Below are positions 20,423 through 30,580 of a stretch of DNA of 64,000 nucleotides, piece by piece (the stretch's first letter is position 1; the number at the start of each line of letters is the position of its first letter). Source of the stretch: Candidatus Dojkabacteria bacterium (GTDB lineage: Bacteria; Patescibacteriota; Dojkabacteria; JAFGLO01); NCBI GenBank assembly GCA_016927995.1, contig JAFGLO010000015.1, forward strand, positions 75,430 to 139,429, written 5' to 3'. The translations under genes were made by a program, and so were the position numbers. Below the pieces are notes generated by a model. It saw only the letters and a program-made list of their open reading frames with translations. It did not search any database and was not told the origin of the DNA.

Positions 20423-22522
20423 ATGGCAAAGGGTGAAAATATTAAAGTTGACCTTAAACTTTTACGGAATATTGGCATTATTGCCCATATCGATGCAGGC
20501 AAAACAACCACAACGGAAAGTTTACTTTTTTATACCGGAACAACTCATAAAAAGGGTGACATCAACGACGGTAATACAACAACCGACTGGATGGTTCAGG
20601 AGCGCGAAAGAGGAATAACAATTACTTCCGCTGCAATTACGTGCTTTTGGGATTTAAATAACGTTAAGTACAGAATCAACATCATTGATACCCCGGGTCA
20701 CGTTGATTTTACTGCCGAAGTTGAGCGATCACTTCGAGTACTTGATGGCGCCGTTGTTATATTCGACGGAAAAATGGGAGTTGAACCTCAGAGTGAGACT
20801 GTTTGGCGTCAAGCTGACAAGTATCATGTTCCAAGATTTTGCTTTATTAATAAGCTAAATCTTATCGGGGGTGATTTCTATATGAGCCTGGCCAGTATAA
20901 AGGAAAGGCTAAGTTCTAGTGCAGTTGCAGTTCATCTTCCGATTGGTAAAGAATATGAACTTAAGGGTGTTGTCGACCTTCTTTCGCAAAAGGCTTATAC
21001 CTATAAAACATTTGAAGATCAAGAACTTGTCGAGGAAGAAATTCCCGAAAATATGAAAGACCTGGTTACGGAACATAGATCGGAACTTGTCGAAAAAATA
21101 GTTGAATTTGATGATGCTCTCATGGAGAAATATCTCAACGGAGAGATGCCAACCGTTGATGAGCTAAAGCAAGCGCTTCGTAAGGGTGTTGTTGCAGGAA
21201 AAGTGTTTCCCGTGTCCGGAGGAGATTCAAGAAGTCCCGTAGCAAGAAAAATTCTCGATACAGTTGTTGAATATCTTCCTTCTCCGCTTGATATTCCTCC
21301 TGCCGAAGGTGAACTTCCCCAAACCGGCGAAAAGATAAAGGTTAACCCAACCGATGAGGAACCTTTTACAGGGCTTGTCTTTAAAATTATGAACGATCCG
21401 CACGTTGGTAATCTAGCATTCTTTAGAGTGTACAGCGGGGTTTTAAACAAAGGAACGTATGTTGTAAACTCCACCAAGGGAACAAAAGAGCGTGTCGGTC
21501 GTCTTTTATTAATGCACGCTAATCATCGAGAAGAGATTGAATTTGTTCGTACGGGTGATATTGCGGCAGTTGTTGGACTTAAAGACAGCACAACGGGTGA
21601 CACTTTATGCGACGAAAAACGTAAAATTCTTTTGGAAAACATTGTGTTTCCGGATCCCGTTGTCTCAATGGCAATCGAGCCAAAGACAAAGGCCGATCGT
21701 GAGAAAATGGGTATGGCACTTGGAAACCTTATTAAAGAAGATCCAACGCTTAAAGTTTCCACTAATCAAGAGACTGGTGAAACAATAATATCCGGAATGG
21801 GTGAACTTCACTTAGAAATTATTATTGACAGAATGGTGCGTGAATTCGGAGTAGAAACAAATACCGGTTCTCCACAGGTTGCATATAAAGAAACCGTTAG
21901 GGAAGCTGCCGAACGTGAAGGTAAGTTCATTAAGCAATCCGGTGGTAAAGGTCAGTATGGACACTGTGTGCTTGTGGTCGAGCCCCAGGAACCTGGAAAA
22001 GGATTCGAGTTTGTCAATGGAATTAAGGGTGGTGCAATTCCTAAAGAATATATTCCGTCTATTCAGAAGGGTGTCGTAGAGGCAATGCAAAGTGGTGTTG
22101 TGGCCGGTTACCCTGTAGTTGATATCAAAGTAACCTTAAAGGATGGCTCGTTCCACGAGGTTGACTCATCCGATATTGCATTCCAGATTGCCGGAAAAAT
22201 GGCCTTTACTGATGCAATGAAATCGGCTAAACCTTGTCTTTTGGAACCGTACATGAATATTGAAATAATCGTACCTGAAAAATACGTTGGTGATATTAAC
22301 GGATTTGTTAGTAGTAAACGAGGAAGTATTGAAGGTACCGAAATGAAGAATAACCTAAGTGTTATTAAAGGCAGAGCCCCGCTTGCCGAATTGTTTGGAT
22401 TGGCTAAGGAAGTTAGAGCTATTACATCCGGGAGAGGATCGCCGACAATCTTCTTTTCCCATTATGACAGAGTGCCTATGTCGGTAGAGGAGAAAATAAA
22501 GGGAACAACAAACGTTTCTTGA
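20423..22522 (+). CDS. fusA: Elongation factor G
   Basis: AHIDAGKTT, ERERGITITSA, DTPGHVDF, GMGELHLEI, QSGGKGQYGH. Confidence 0.98.
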   Translation: MAKGENIKVDLKLLRNIGIIAHIDAGKTTTTESLLFYTGTTHKKGDINDGNTTTDWMVQERERGITITSAAITCFWDLNNVKYRINIIDTPGHVDFTAEVERSLRVLDGAVVIFDGKMGVEPQSETVWRQADKYHVPRFCFINKLNLIGGDFYMSLASIKERLSSSAVAVHLPIGKEYELKGVVDLLSQKAYTYKTFEDQELVEEEIPENMKDLVTEHRSELVEKIVEFDDALMEKYLNGEMPTVDELKQALRKGVVAGKVFPVSGGDSRSPVARKILDTVVEYLPSPLDIPPAEGELPQTGEKIKVNPTDEEPFTGLVFKIMNDPHVGNLAFFRVYSGVLNKGTYVVNSTKGTKERVGRLLLMHANHREEIEFVRTGDIAAVVGLKDSTTGDTLCDEKRKILLENIVFPDPVVSMAIEPKTKADREKMGMALGNLIKEDPTLKVSTNQETGETIISGMGELHLEIIIDRMVREFGVETNTGSPQVAYKETVREAAEREGKFIKQSGGKGQYGHCVLVVEPQEPGKGFEFVNGIKGGAIPKEYIPSIQKGVVEAMQSGVVAGYPVVDIKVTLKDGSFHEVDSSDIAFQIAGKMAFTDAMKSAKPCLLEPYMNIEIIVPEKYVGDINGFVSSKRGSIEGTEMKNNLSVIKGRAPLAELFGLAKEVRAITSGRGSPTIFFSHYDRVPMSVEEKIKGTTNVS

Positions 22523-22611
22523 TTTTTTGAAATCGGTATGCTAAACTCACGTGCTCGTTTCAACGAGAGAGTTTTTCAATACCACAAATAATTAAATTTA
22601 ATTAATAAAAC

Positions 22612-23781
22612 ATGGCTACATACGATAGAAGTAAATCGCACGTAAACGTAGGAACCATAGGTCATATTGACCACGGTAAGACTACGTTGGCTGCGGCTAT
22701 CTTAAAGGTTACGCGCCCGTCCGACTGGGAAGCCGAGCGAGACAAGCTCGACAAAGACCCAACGTCGCGTGCCAAGAGCATTACAATTGCTGCTGCTCAC
22801 ATAGAATATGAAACAGAAAAGCGACACTATGCTCACGTAGATTGTCCTGGCCATAAGGACTATATTAAGAACATGATTACAGGGGCTGCTCAGATGGATG
22901 GTGCAATCCTTGTTATTAGTTCTGTCGATGGACCAATGCCTCAGACAAGAGAGCATGTACTTTTGGCAAGACAGGTTGGCGTTCCAAAGATTTTAGTATT
23001 TATAAACGTTTTTGGTGAGAAGGATGAAGAAATGATTGAACTTATTAAAGATGAAACCAAGGAACTTCTCAAACAATACGAATTCGACGAAAATTGTCCG
23101 TTTGTTGTAGGTAGTGCACTCAAGGCTTTGGAAGGTGATGCAGAGGCAGAAACATCAATCAAAGAGCTTCTAACTGCAATCGATGAATACATCCCCGTTC
23201 CGGAGCGTGCCATTGATAAAGACTTCCTAATGCTTATTGAAGACGTGTTTTCGATCGAGGGTCGTGGAACTGTTGCAACAGGACGTATCGAAAGAGGTGT
23301 TGTAAAGGTTAACGATGAGGTCGAGCTTTTGGGACTTACTAAGGATGTCAAAAAGACTGTTGTTACTGGTGTCGAAATGTTCCACAAGTCACTTGACCAG
23401 GGTATGGCAGGTGATAACGCAGGAATTTTGCTTCGAGGTCTTAAGAAGGAAGAGGTTCAAAGAGGACAAGTTCTTGCAAAACCGGGAACAGTAAATCTAC
23501 ACACTGAATTCAAAGGTCAGGTTTATATCCTTTCCAAGGAAGAAGGCGGAAGACATAAGCCATTTATTACCGGATACAAGCCACAGTTCTATATTGGAAC
23601 AGCTGATGTAACCGGAGAGGTTTCACTTCCGGAGGGTGTAGAAATGGTAATGCCTGGTGATAACGTTGAATTTTTGGTGAAACTTATTGTTCCCGTTGCA
23701 ATCGAGAAAGGAATGAGATTTGCAATTCGTGAAGGTGGACGAACAGTAGGTTCGGGTGTTGTTACCGAGATAGTAAAATAA
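22612..23781 (+). CDS. tuf: Elongation factor Tu (divergent G domain)
   Basis: [39 protein letters not shown]. Confidence 0.97.
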   Translation: MATYDRSKSHVNVGTIGHIDHGKTTLAAAILKVTRPSDWEAERDKLDKDPTSRAKSITIAAAHIEYETEKRHYAHVDCPGHKDYIKNMITGAAQMDGAILVISSVDGPMPQTREHVLLARQVGVPKILVFINVFGEKDEEMIELIKDETKELLKQYEFDENCPFVVGSALKALEGDAEAETSIKELLTAIDEYIPVPERAIDKDFLMLIEDVFSIEGRGTVATGRIERGVVKVNDEVELLGLTKDVKKTVVTGVEMFHKSLDQGMAGDNAGILLRGLKKEEVQRGQVLAKPGTVNLHTEFKGQVYILSKEEGGRHKPFITGYKPQFYIGTADVTGEVSLPEGVEMVMPGDNVEFLVKLIVPVAIEKGMRFAIREGGRTVGSGVVTEIVK

Positions 23782-23809
23782 GTTCTTTTAAATTTGGAGC
23801 ATTACTCAA

Positions 23810-24133
23810 ATGGCTGTAAAGATTAAAAAGCTTAGAGTAAAAATTAAAGGTTATGATGCCAAGGTAGTGGAGAGTAGCTCCAAAATGGTACTAGAGGCAG
23901 CATACAGTACTGGTTCTAAAGTTTTAGGACCAGTACTTCTTCCTAGACGAAGGCGGATTTATTGTGTAACCCGCTCACCTCACATTGAAAAAAGGTCGAT
24001 GGAGCACTTCGAGAAGAATTCTCACGTAAGGTTAATCGACATTTTAGAACCGACTGTCCAAACCGTTGACTCATTGCAGCATTTGGAATTACCTGCCGGT
24101 GTCGACGTAGAAGTTAAGTCACTTTTAGAATAA
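23810..24133 (+). CDS. rpsJ: 30S ribosomal protein S10
   Basis: GPVLLP, RSPH.EK.S.EHFE, LPAGVDVE. Confidence 0.95.
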   Translation: MAVKIKKLRVKIKGYDAKVVESSSKMVLEAAYSTGSKVLGPVLLPRRRRIYCVTRSPHIEKRSMEHFEKNSHVRLIDILEPTVQTVDSLQHLELPAGVDVEVKSLLE

Positions 24134-24135
24134 AG

Positions 24136-24744
24136 ATGATGTTTATTGGTTTGAAACGGGACATGACTCATGTTTACAAAGATGATATGTCTGTTCCGGT
24201 AACAATAGTAGAGGTGCCGGATAATTATGTGGTATCAAAGCGGTTTGACACAAACAAAGACAAGTGGCTCGTTTCCGTAGGAATTGGTGAAAATAAAAAG
24301 GCCGGAAAAAGAATAAGTGGTCAGTTTAAAAACGTAGGCAAGGTTCCCAAACAGGTAAAGCAGTTTTGGGTGTCAAAAAACGTTGGAGATTTATTAGAGG
24401 TTGGACAGTTGTTAAACCTTGGTGAACAATTTAAAGATATTAAGACCGTATCCGTTTGCGGAAAGAGCAAGGGAAAGGGCTTTGCTAGCGTAATAAAACG
24501 TTGGGGTTTTAAAGAAGGTCCGGAAACAAGAGGTCAAGGGACAATGAAACGTCACCCGGGTTCAATCGGTGCACAGGGTACCGGTAGGGTATTCGCCGGT
24601 AAAAAAATGGCCGGTCGCATGGGTGGTGATTCTATTAAACTTAGCAAGGTCAAGGTTGTTGAAGTTCAGAATAACTTGATACTTTTAAAGGGTGGACTCC
24701 CGGGTTCACGGGGAAGCTGTATTTATATGGAAATCAATAATTAA
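24136..24744 (+). CDS. rplC: 50S ribosomal protein L3
   Basis: SKGKGF.SVIKRWGF, PGSIG, GKKMAGRMG. Confidence 0.95.
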   Translation: MMFIGLKRDMTHVYKDDMSVPVTIVEVPDNYVVSKRFDTNKDKWLVSVGIGENKKAGKRISGQFKNVGKVPKQVKQFWVSKNVGDLLEVGQLLNLGEQFKDIKTVSVCGKSKGKGFASVIKRWGFKEGPETRGQGTMKRHPGSIGAQGTGRVFAGKKMAGRMGGDSIKLSKVKVVEVQNNLILLKGGLPGSRGSCIYMEINN

Positions 24745-25412
24745 TGGATATTAAAGTTTTCGACTTAACAAACAAAGAAGTATCAAAGATTTCTTTGTCT
24801 CCTTCTGTTTGGAATGTTGACTTTGATCCTGCAGTGATTGAAAAATATGTACAAATTGTTCTTTCAAATCGTAGGGCTTATAGTGCAAGTGTAAAGGATC
24901 GTTCCGAAGTTAGAGGTGGAGGAAGGAAACCTTGGGCCCAAAAGCATACGGGTCGCGCACGTCACGGCTCGATAAGATCACCAATCTGGGTTGGTGGTGG
25001 AGTTGCGCATGGTCCTGTTCCGGGAAAACGTCTAAAGTCAATGAACCAAAAGGAGCGTCAGTTGTTTTACAGAGTTGTATTAAGTAAGCTGGTAAAGGAA
25101 AATCTGGTTACATTTGTTTCTGCAGATTCATTCGAGAAGCTTGATAAAGCTATTTCAAAGGAAACAAAGGGTCTTACTAAATTGGTTTTGAGTAAATTTA
25201 ATAAGTTCTTTAATCCTAACGGACTTGTAATTGTGTCAAATGATACATACAATTCAATTCTTCTAGGACTAAGGAATTTAAATACCGTAAGTGCAATGGG
25301 TGCAAAAAACGTTGACTGGCTTCAAATATTAAATGCGGGTCAGGTAATAATGACAGATTCAGCGGCAAAGCAGCTAAACGATAACTTAGATACAGGTAAA
25401 AAGAATGATTAA
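24744..25412 (+). CDS. rplD: 50S ribosomal protein L4
   Basis: RSEVRGGGRKPWAQKHTGRARHGS.RSP. Confidence 0.96.
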   Translation: MDIKVFDLTNKEVSKISLSPSVWNVDFDPAVIEKYVQIVLSNRRAYSASVKDRSEVRGGGRKPWAQKHTGRARHGSIRSPIWVGGGVAHGPVPGKRLKSMNQKERQLFYRVVLSKLVKENLVTFVSADSFEKLDKAISKETKGLTKLVLSKFNKFFNPNGLVIVSNDTYNSILLGLRNLNTVSAMGAKNVDWLQILNAGQVIMTDSAAKQLNDNLDTGKKND

Positions 25413-25680
25413 GCCGGTTGTCTCGGAAAAAAGTTTTAAACAGTCCGACGAACTTAAGTGTTACACGTTTATTACTTCTCCCGAAGAGACAAAAAACACA
25501 GTAAAAACAAAGATTGAGAAAATGTTTGGGGTAGAGGTCGATAAAGTTAGGTCAATATCAGGAAGAACCAAGCGTAGGTTTAACGCGAAAGTAAGGAAAA
25601 CGGTTTCCGGTAAAAAATACAAGAAGTTTTTTGTGTTTGTTAAGCCCGGCAGTGAAATAGAATTTTTTAAGAATAAATAA
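25405..25680 (+). CDS. rplW: 50S ribosomal protein L23
   Basis: KPVVSEKS, IEKMFGVEV; position in the S10 operon. Confidence 0.9.
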   Translation: MIKPVVSEKSFKQSDELKCYTFITSPEETKNTVKTKIEKMFGVEVDKVRSISGRTKRRFNAKVRKTVSGKKYKKFFVFVKPGSEIEFFKNK

Positions 25681-25682
25681 TC

Positions 25683-26519
25683 ATGGCACTAAAAAAATAC
25701 AAACCAACAAGTCCGGGTAGAAGGCACAAAGTGGCTGTTCATACGAAGGATTTGTCAAAGGAGAAGCCGCTAAAACGTTTAACGGTTGGTAAGAAAAACC
25801 GTGCGGGTAGAAACAGTCAGGGTAGAATCACTGTTAGACACAGAGGCGGTGGTGCAAAACGGAACTACAGGATCGTTGATTTTAAAAGGAAAAAATTTGG
25901 AATCTCGGCTAAAGTTGAGACAATAGAGTACGATCCTAATAGGGGATCAAATATTGCACGGATTCTGTATGCCGACGGAGAGAGAAGTTACATTCTTGCT
26001 CCGGATGCATTAAAGGTTGGAGATAACGTTATCTCCGGGGAAGATGTTGAAATTAGGATTGGTAACACATGCGCCTTAAAACAAATTCCGTCAGGGACAA
26101 TGGTTCATAATGTTGAGGTTATGCCGGGCGCAGGCGGAAAGCTTGCCAAGGCGGCCGGTTCCGGATTAACAGTTCGTGGTAACAACGGAAAGGGTTATGT
26201 TATTGTAAAGCTGTCATCGGGGGAAGTACGACTTTTAAATGAAAATTGCTTGGCAACAATCGGGATAGTAAGTAATCCCGACAAGCTAAATGTTGTTTTA
26301 GGTAAGGCAGGAACAAGTAGACACTTAGGACGTAGGCCCGAGGTACGAGGAGTTGCGATGCATGCAGTTGAACATCCACACGGTGGAGGTGAAGGTCGTA
26401 ACGGATTCCGAGTTGCAAAAGATATTTGGGGGCACAAAGTTGGTGTCAAGACCCGAAAAAATAAGCGTACGCAGAAGTTCATTATTAAGAGAAGACCTGT
26501 AAAACGAGATAAAAAATAA
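25683..26519 (+). CDS. rplB: 50S ribosomal protein L2
   Basis: GRITVRHRGGG, EYDPNR, RP.VRGVAM..VEHPHGGGEG. Confidence 0.98.
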   Translation: MALKKYKPTSPGRRHKVAVHTKDLSKEKPLKRLTVGKKNRAGRNSQGRITVRHRGGGAKRNYRIVDFKRKKFGISAKVETIEYDPNRGSNIARILYADGERSYILAPDALKVGDNVISGEDVEIRIGNTCALKQIPSGTMVHNVEVMPGAGGKLAKAAGSGLTVRGNNGKGYVIVKLSSGEVRLLNENCLATIGIVSNPDKLNVVLGKAGTSRHLGRRPEVRGVAMHAVEHPHGGGEGRNGFRVAKDIWGHKVGVKTRKNKRTQKFIIKRRPVKRDKK

Positions 26520-26535
26520 TTTATAAGTATGGGTT

Positions 26536-26838
26536 ATGTCCAGATCACTAAAGAAAGGTCCGTATATTAATCCCAAAATCCTGAAGAAGGTTTTAAAACT
26601 TAAGGAAGAGGGAAAGCGTGGCCCTATAAAGGTTTGGGATAAGGCTTGTGTAATAACACCTGACATGGTTGGAATGAACTTTGAGATTCATAATGGAAAA
26701 GATTTTATACCGGTTTTGGTAAATGAATTTATGGTTGGTTTTAGGTTTGGTGAGTTTGTTTTAACAACGAACTTTAAGGGACACAGTAAGAAAGGTAAAA
26801 TCGCAAAGACATATGGTAGTACCGGTCGATTTGAGTAA
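26536..26838 (+). CDS. rpsS: 30S ribosomal protein S19
   Basis: MSRSLKKGPY, HNGK, GEF. Confidence 0.96.
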   Translation: MSRSLKKGPYINPKILKKVLKLKEEGKRGPIKVWDKACVITPDMVGMNFEIHNGKDFIPVLVNEFMVGFRFGEFVLTTNFKGHSKKGKIAKTYGSTGRFE

Positions 26839-26855
26839 TTTATTAAATAATTATT

Positions 26856-27215
26856 GTGAAGGGTAGTATATTTAAAGGTCCGGGTACATGCACAAGGAAG
26901 AACGTTTATTCTTCTTTACAGAAGGCAAAACTTGTGGCGGACCTAATTAGAGGAATGGGTTTGCAGGAAGCAAGAGCAACACTTCACCTCTTAAACAAAA
27001 AGGTGGCTGTTGATTTTGACAAATGTTTAATGACTGCATTTGCCAGCCTTGCCGAAAAGGATAAGACTGCTGATGAGTCAAACACAGTAATAAATCAACT
27101 TTCTGTGGCTGAGGGCAGAAGAATACGAAAGGTCATATTCGGAGCAAGAGGGCGGGCAAGCAGAAAGTACAGAAAGTATTGTCATATATATGTTAAGTTA
27201 AACAAAAAGGGATAA
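26856..27215 (+). CDS. rplV: 50S ribosomal protein L22
   Basis: KAKLVADLIRG, GARGRA; operon position. Confidence 0.92.
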   Translation: MKGSIFKGPGTCTRKNVYSSLQKAKLVADLIRGMGLQEARATLHLLNKKVAVDFDKCLMTAFASLAEKDKTADESNTVINQLSVAEGRRIRKVIFGARGRASRKYRKYCHIYVKLNKKG

Positions 27216-27833
27216 ATGGGGACAAAGATGAACTCGGTGGCCTTAAGAATCGGAATAAACAAGACCTGGACATCTCATTGGTTTGCCAAGAGGGGTGAGT
27301 TCGCCGATTATCTCATGGAAGACATAAAAATTCGAGATTTTGTTCGAGGAAAGCTATCTCATGCAGGACTTGATTCAATAATAATTGAACGACCTGCCGG
27401 GAAATTAATTGTAGAAGCTTCCGTTGCTAAGCCGGGTGTAGCAATTGGTAGACAGGGCGCCGGAATCGAAGAGCTTAAGAAAAGCATTTCCGATATGGTT
27501 GGTAAAGCAGTTGATCTTCGCATAAAGGAATATGGAAACGCAGATCTGTCCGCAAGAATCGTTGGTCAGGAGATTGCAAATGGTATAAATAAAAGACAAG
27601 CACCAAAACTGTTGGCAAAACTTTTCATGAAGAAGGCGATGCAGGCTGGTGCAAAAGGAATAATGGTCTGGGTGTCCGGAAGAATTCGTGGACATAAAGA
27701 TGCAAGGCGATTAAAATTTACCGAAGGATCAGTTCCTTTACAGACACTTCGGGTAAATCTTGATTATGCTTTAGTTACAACCCAGTATCCTGGTGCGGGT
27801 ACCACTAGTGTGAAAGTATGGATAAATCGATAG
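27216..27833 (+). CDS. rpsC: 30S ribosomal protein S3
   Basis: LRIGINKTW.S.WFA, KPGVAIGRQG, VPLQTLR. Confidence 0.96.
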   Translation: MGTKMNSVALRIGINKTWTSHWFAKRGEFADYLMEDIKIRDFVRGKLSHAGLDSIIIERPAGKLIVEASVAKPGVAIGRQGAGIEELKKSISDMVGKAVDLRIKEYGNADLSARIVGQEIANGINKRQAPKLLAKLFMKKAMQAGAKGIMVWVSGRIRGHKDARRLKFTEGSVPLQTLRVNLDYALVTTQYPGAGTTSVKVWINR

Positions 27834-27874
27834 TTCGTTGATAGTCTTAATTATGTGTGTTAAAATACCAAGCT

Positions 27875-28279
27875 ATGTTACAACCTAAAAGATATAAATA
27901 CGCAAAACAATTTACGAAGCGACCCAGAGGTATTGATGTTAAGTCAACCACTGTGGTTTTTGGTGACTTTGGGTTAAAGGCCATGGAAAACGGCTACATT
28001 ACGTCAAATCAGATAGAATCTGTACGTATGGCCATTAGCCGATTTACCAAAAGAAAAGGAAGAATCTGGGTAAGAATTTTCCCTGACTTGGCAATTACGG
28101 CTAAGCCACCAAGCAGAATGGGTGGCGGTAAAAGTCCAATTGATACCTGGACTGCACCTGTTCGTAAGGGAAGAATTCTGTTTGAAATAGGTGGTGTCGA
28201 TGAAAAAACAACTAAAGGTGCATTCGATTTGGCTAGGCATAAACTACCGATTAAAGTTAAGTTTGTTGAAAAGGTATAA
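27875..28279 (+). CDS. rplP: 50S ribosomal protein L16
   Basis: MLQPKR.KY, WVRIFPD, RMGGGK. Confidence 0.96.
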   Translation: MLQPKRYKYAKQFTKRPRGIDVKSTTVVFGDFGLKAMENGYITSNQIESVRMAISRFTKRKGRIWVRIFPDLAITAKPPSRMGGGKSPIDTWTAPVRKGRILFEIGGVDEKTTKGAFDLARHKLPIKVKFVEKV

Positions 28280-28494
28280 TGGCTACTGAAAAAAAGAAAG
28301 TTTTAAAACCGAGCAAAACGGTTGACAAGCTTTCAGGGTTAAAAGCAAATGTATTAAAGATTCATTGGGATATAGTTACCGGCAAAGAAACCGACACGTC
28401 AAAGTTAAAGAAAGCTAAGAAAGAAGTCGCAAGATTTCTAACAAACGAGAAAAGTAAATTAATAAAGAGTCCAAATGGCCATTCAGAAAATTAA
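28279..28494 (+). CDS. rpmC: 50S ribosomal protein L29 (divergent)
   Basis: Position between rplP and rpsQ; KKEVARFLT motif. Confidence 0.8.
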   Translation: MATEKKKVLKPSKTVDKLSGLKANVLKIHWDIVTGKETDTSKLKKAKKEVARFLTNEKSKLIKSPNGHSEN

Positions 28495-28714
28495 GGGTGA
28501 AGTAGTAAGTACCGGAATGACTGATACCGTTGTGATTTCCGTAAAGCGGGCCATTTCTCACCCGATTTATTCAAAGCGTGTATTTAAAAGTAAAAAATAC
28601 ATGATTCATGCGCCTGGAGCAAAACTTTCGGTGGGTGATATCATAGAGGCTAAATTGGTAAGACCAATCTCAAAAAACAAAAAATGGGCTTATATTAAGA
28701 AAACAAAAAAATGA
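28475..28714 (+). CDS. rpsQ: 30S ribosomal protein S17
   Basis: G.VVS..M..TVV, HP.Y.K, RPISK.K.W. Confidence 0.93.
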   Translation: MAIQKIKGEVVSTGMTDTVVISVKRAISHPIYSKRVFKSKKYMIHAPGAKLSVGDIIEAKLVRPISKNKKWAYIKKTKK

Positions 28715-29082
28715 TTCAAAAGGGAAGTAGACTAACAGTTGCAGACAACACCGGAGCCAAAATCGCGGAGGTTATTGGTAACTATGGAGGTTCCGCAAGA
28801 AGATATTCTTCGCTGGGGGACATTGTTATGGTTTCAATAAAAAAGTCAAATCCCGGGGGAACGGTTGAGGCACACGGAAAACATAGGGCAGTAATCGTAA
28901 GGACAACAAAAGAAACCAGAAGGTCCGACGGTAGTCGTATTAGATTTGATGATAACGCTGCAGTAATACTTGATGGCACAACAAAACAACCCAAAGGAAC
29001 AAGGGTTTTTGGTCCTGTCGCAAGAGAAGTAAAAAACAAAGGATTCGATAAAATAAGTTCATTGGCACCAGAGGTACCGTGA
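28711..29082 (+). CDS. rplN: 50S ribosomal protein L14
   Basis: VADNTGAK, IRFDDNAAV, GTRVFGPVARE. Confidence 0.97.
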   Translation: MIQKGSRLTVADNTGAKIAEVIGNYGGSARRYSSLGDIVMVSIKKSNPGGTVEAHGKHRAVIVRTTKETRRSDGSRIRFDDNAAVILDGTTKQPKGTRVFGPVAREVKNKGFDKISSLAPEVP

Positions 29083-29420
29083 AAATAAGAGTAAACGATA
29101 CAGTTAAGGTTCTTTTAGGAAAAGATGCAGGAAGAACCGGAGTTGTACAGGCAGTAAATCCTAACAAGAATTTAGTGTTGGTTGGTGGTTTAAATATTTT
29201 TAAGAAGCACGTCAAAAAGGATAATAAGGGAGACGGTGGAATAGTCGACATTTCAAAGCCAATTCAGGCTAGTAAGCTTGCTGTTTTATGTCCAAGCTGT
29301 GAAAAGACAACAAGGATTGGATTCAAGAAAACAGACGGAAAAGCCACAAGGGTATGTAAAAAGTGTGGAAAACCCCTAGAAGTAAAAACCCAAAAGTCAG
29401 TTAATTCAGATAAAAAATAA
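29079..29420 (+). CDS. rplX: 50S ribosomal protein L24
   Basis: KOW motif GKDAG.TG; C-terminal CPSC...CKKC. Confidence 0.94.
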   Translation: MKIRVNDTVKVLLGKDAGRTGVVQAVNPNKNLVLVGGLNIFKKHVKKDNKGDGGIVDISKPIQASKLAVLCPSCEKTTRIGFKKTDGKATRVCKKCGKPLEVKTQKSVNSDKK

Positions 29421-29956
29421 TGGATAGCTTTAAGCAGATACACGATAAAGTAAGGACCGAATTGGCAAAGGAAGGTAAATATGCTAATATAATGGTCGCT
29501 CCGCGGTTAAGAAAGATTGTTGTTAATGCGGGCGTTGGAAACGGTACTAAGGATAGAGCCGTTGTAGAAGATGTAGTAAGTATACTTACTCAGATTACTG
29601 GGCAGAAGCCGGTTGAAACTAAAGCAAACGTTGCCGTATCAAACTTTGGAATAAGAAGGGGTGATGTTGTTGGAGTAAAAGTCACGTTAAGGGGTGAGCG
29701 AATGTGGAGTTTTGCGGAAAAGTTCTTAAACATTGTACTTCCCAGATTTAGGGACTTTAGAGGAATTGCTAAGAAATCGATTGATCAATCAGGAAACTTA
29801 CACATTGGTGTTCTTGATCATATGGTTTTTATAGAAATCGATCCCAATAAGGTTCAAAATAATAGATCTTTCCAGGTGAGTCTTGTTGCAAATGCAAGTT
29901 CAGCAGAGGCTGGCTTAGAGTTTTTTACAAGATTAGGGTTTCCTTTTATTGAATAA
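29420..29956 (+). CDS. rplE: 50S ribosomal protein L5
   Basis: KIVVNAGVG, ITGQKP, VTLRG, LPRFRDFRG. Confidence 0.96.
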   Translation: MDSFKQIHDKVRTELAKEGKYANIMVAPRLRKIVVNAGVGNGTKDRAVVEDVVSILTQITGQKPVETKANVAVSNFGIRRGDVVGVKVTLRGERMWSFAEKFLNIVLPRFRDFRGIAKKSIDQSGNLHIGVLDHMVFIEIDPNKVQNNRSFQVSLVANASSAEAGLEFFTRLGFPFIE

Positions 29957-29972
29957 ATTTTAATTACTTTAA

Positions 29973-30167
29973 ATGGCTACCACAGCAGGTTGGGTTCAAT
30001 ACAAAAGGCTCAAGAAAAAATCAAAATTTAAGACAAGAGTTTACGAGCGTTGTCGCAAATGCGGAAGATCGAGAGGTGTTTTCAAAGAATTCGGGCTTTG
30101 CAGAATTTGCTTTAGAGAGCTTGCACACAAGGGAGAAATTCCGGGTGTAAAAAAGTCAAGCTGGTAA
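29973..30167 (+). CDS. rpsN: 30S ribosomal protein S14 (zinc type)
   Basis: RCRKCGR...LCRICFRE...PGVKKSSW. Confidence 0.96.
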   Translation: MATTAGWVQYKRLKKKSKFKTRVYERCRKCGRSRGVFKEFGLCRICFRELAHKGEIPGVKKSSW

Positions 30168-30186
30168 TTTATATATTTATAAAGTT

Positions 30187-30579
30187 ATGGTTACAGACAT
30201 TGTTGCAGATACAATAACAAGAATATATAACGGATCACTTAGTAAACTCGACGTTATTGAAGTCGTTTACGGAAAACTTGTTGTGGGTGTCTTGCAAATC
30301 CTTAAGGATCAGGGTTTTATAACTGATTTCGAGGAGATTGATAATAGTGGAAAGAAGTCTATCAATGTTGTCTTGAAATACGAGGACAAAGATCCTATAA
30401 TCACCGGAGTAAAGAGAGTTTCCAGTCCCGGAAGAAGAATATACAGATCGGCTAATCAGGTAAGAAAAGTAAAGCAAGGACTTGGAGTAGGAATCTACTC
30501 TACGTCAATAGGATTAATGTCCGATAAAGATGCTTACATTAAAAAAGTAGGCGGCGAATATTTATGTGAAGTTTGGTAA
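30187..30579 (+). CDS. rpsH: 30S ribosomal protein S8
   Basis: D.ITRI.N, RVSSPGRRIY, GGEYLCEVW. Confidence 0.96.
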   Translation: MVTDIVADTITRIYNGSLSKLDVIEVVYGKLVVGVLQILKDQGFITDFEEIDNSGKKSINVVLKYEDKDPIITGVKRVSSPGRRIYRSANQVRKVKQGLGVGIYSTSIGLMSDKDAYIKKVGGEYLCEVW

Positions 30580-30580
30580 T

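Noticed and set aside
22543-22574. Hairpin between fusA and tuf (AAACTC..CTCGTT/AACGAG..GAGTTT)
   Set aside because: Could be a terminator or leader, but one imperfect stem is insufficient to call
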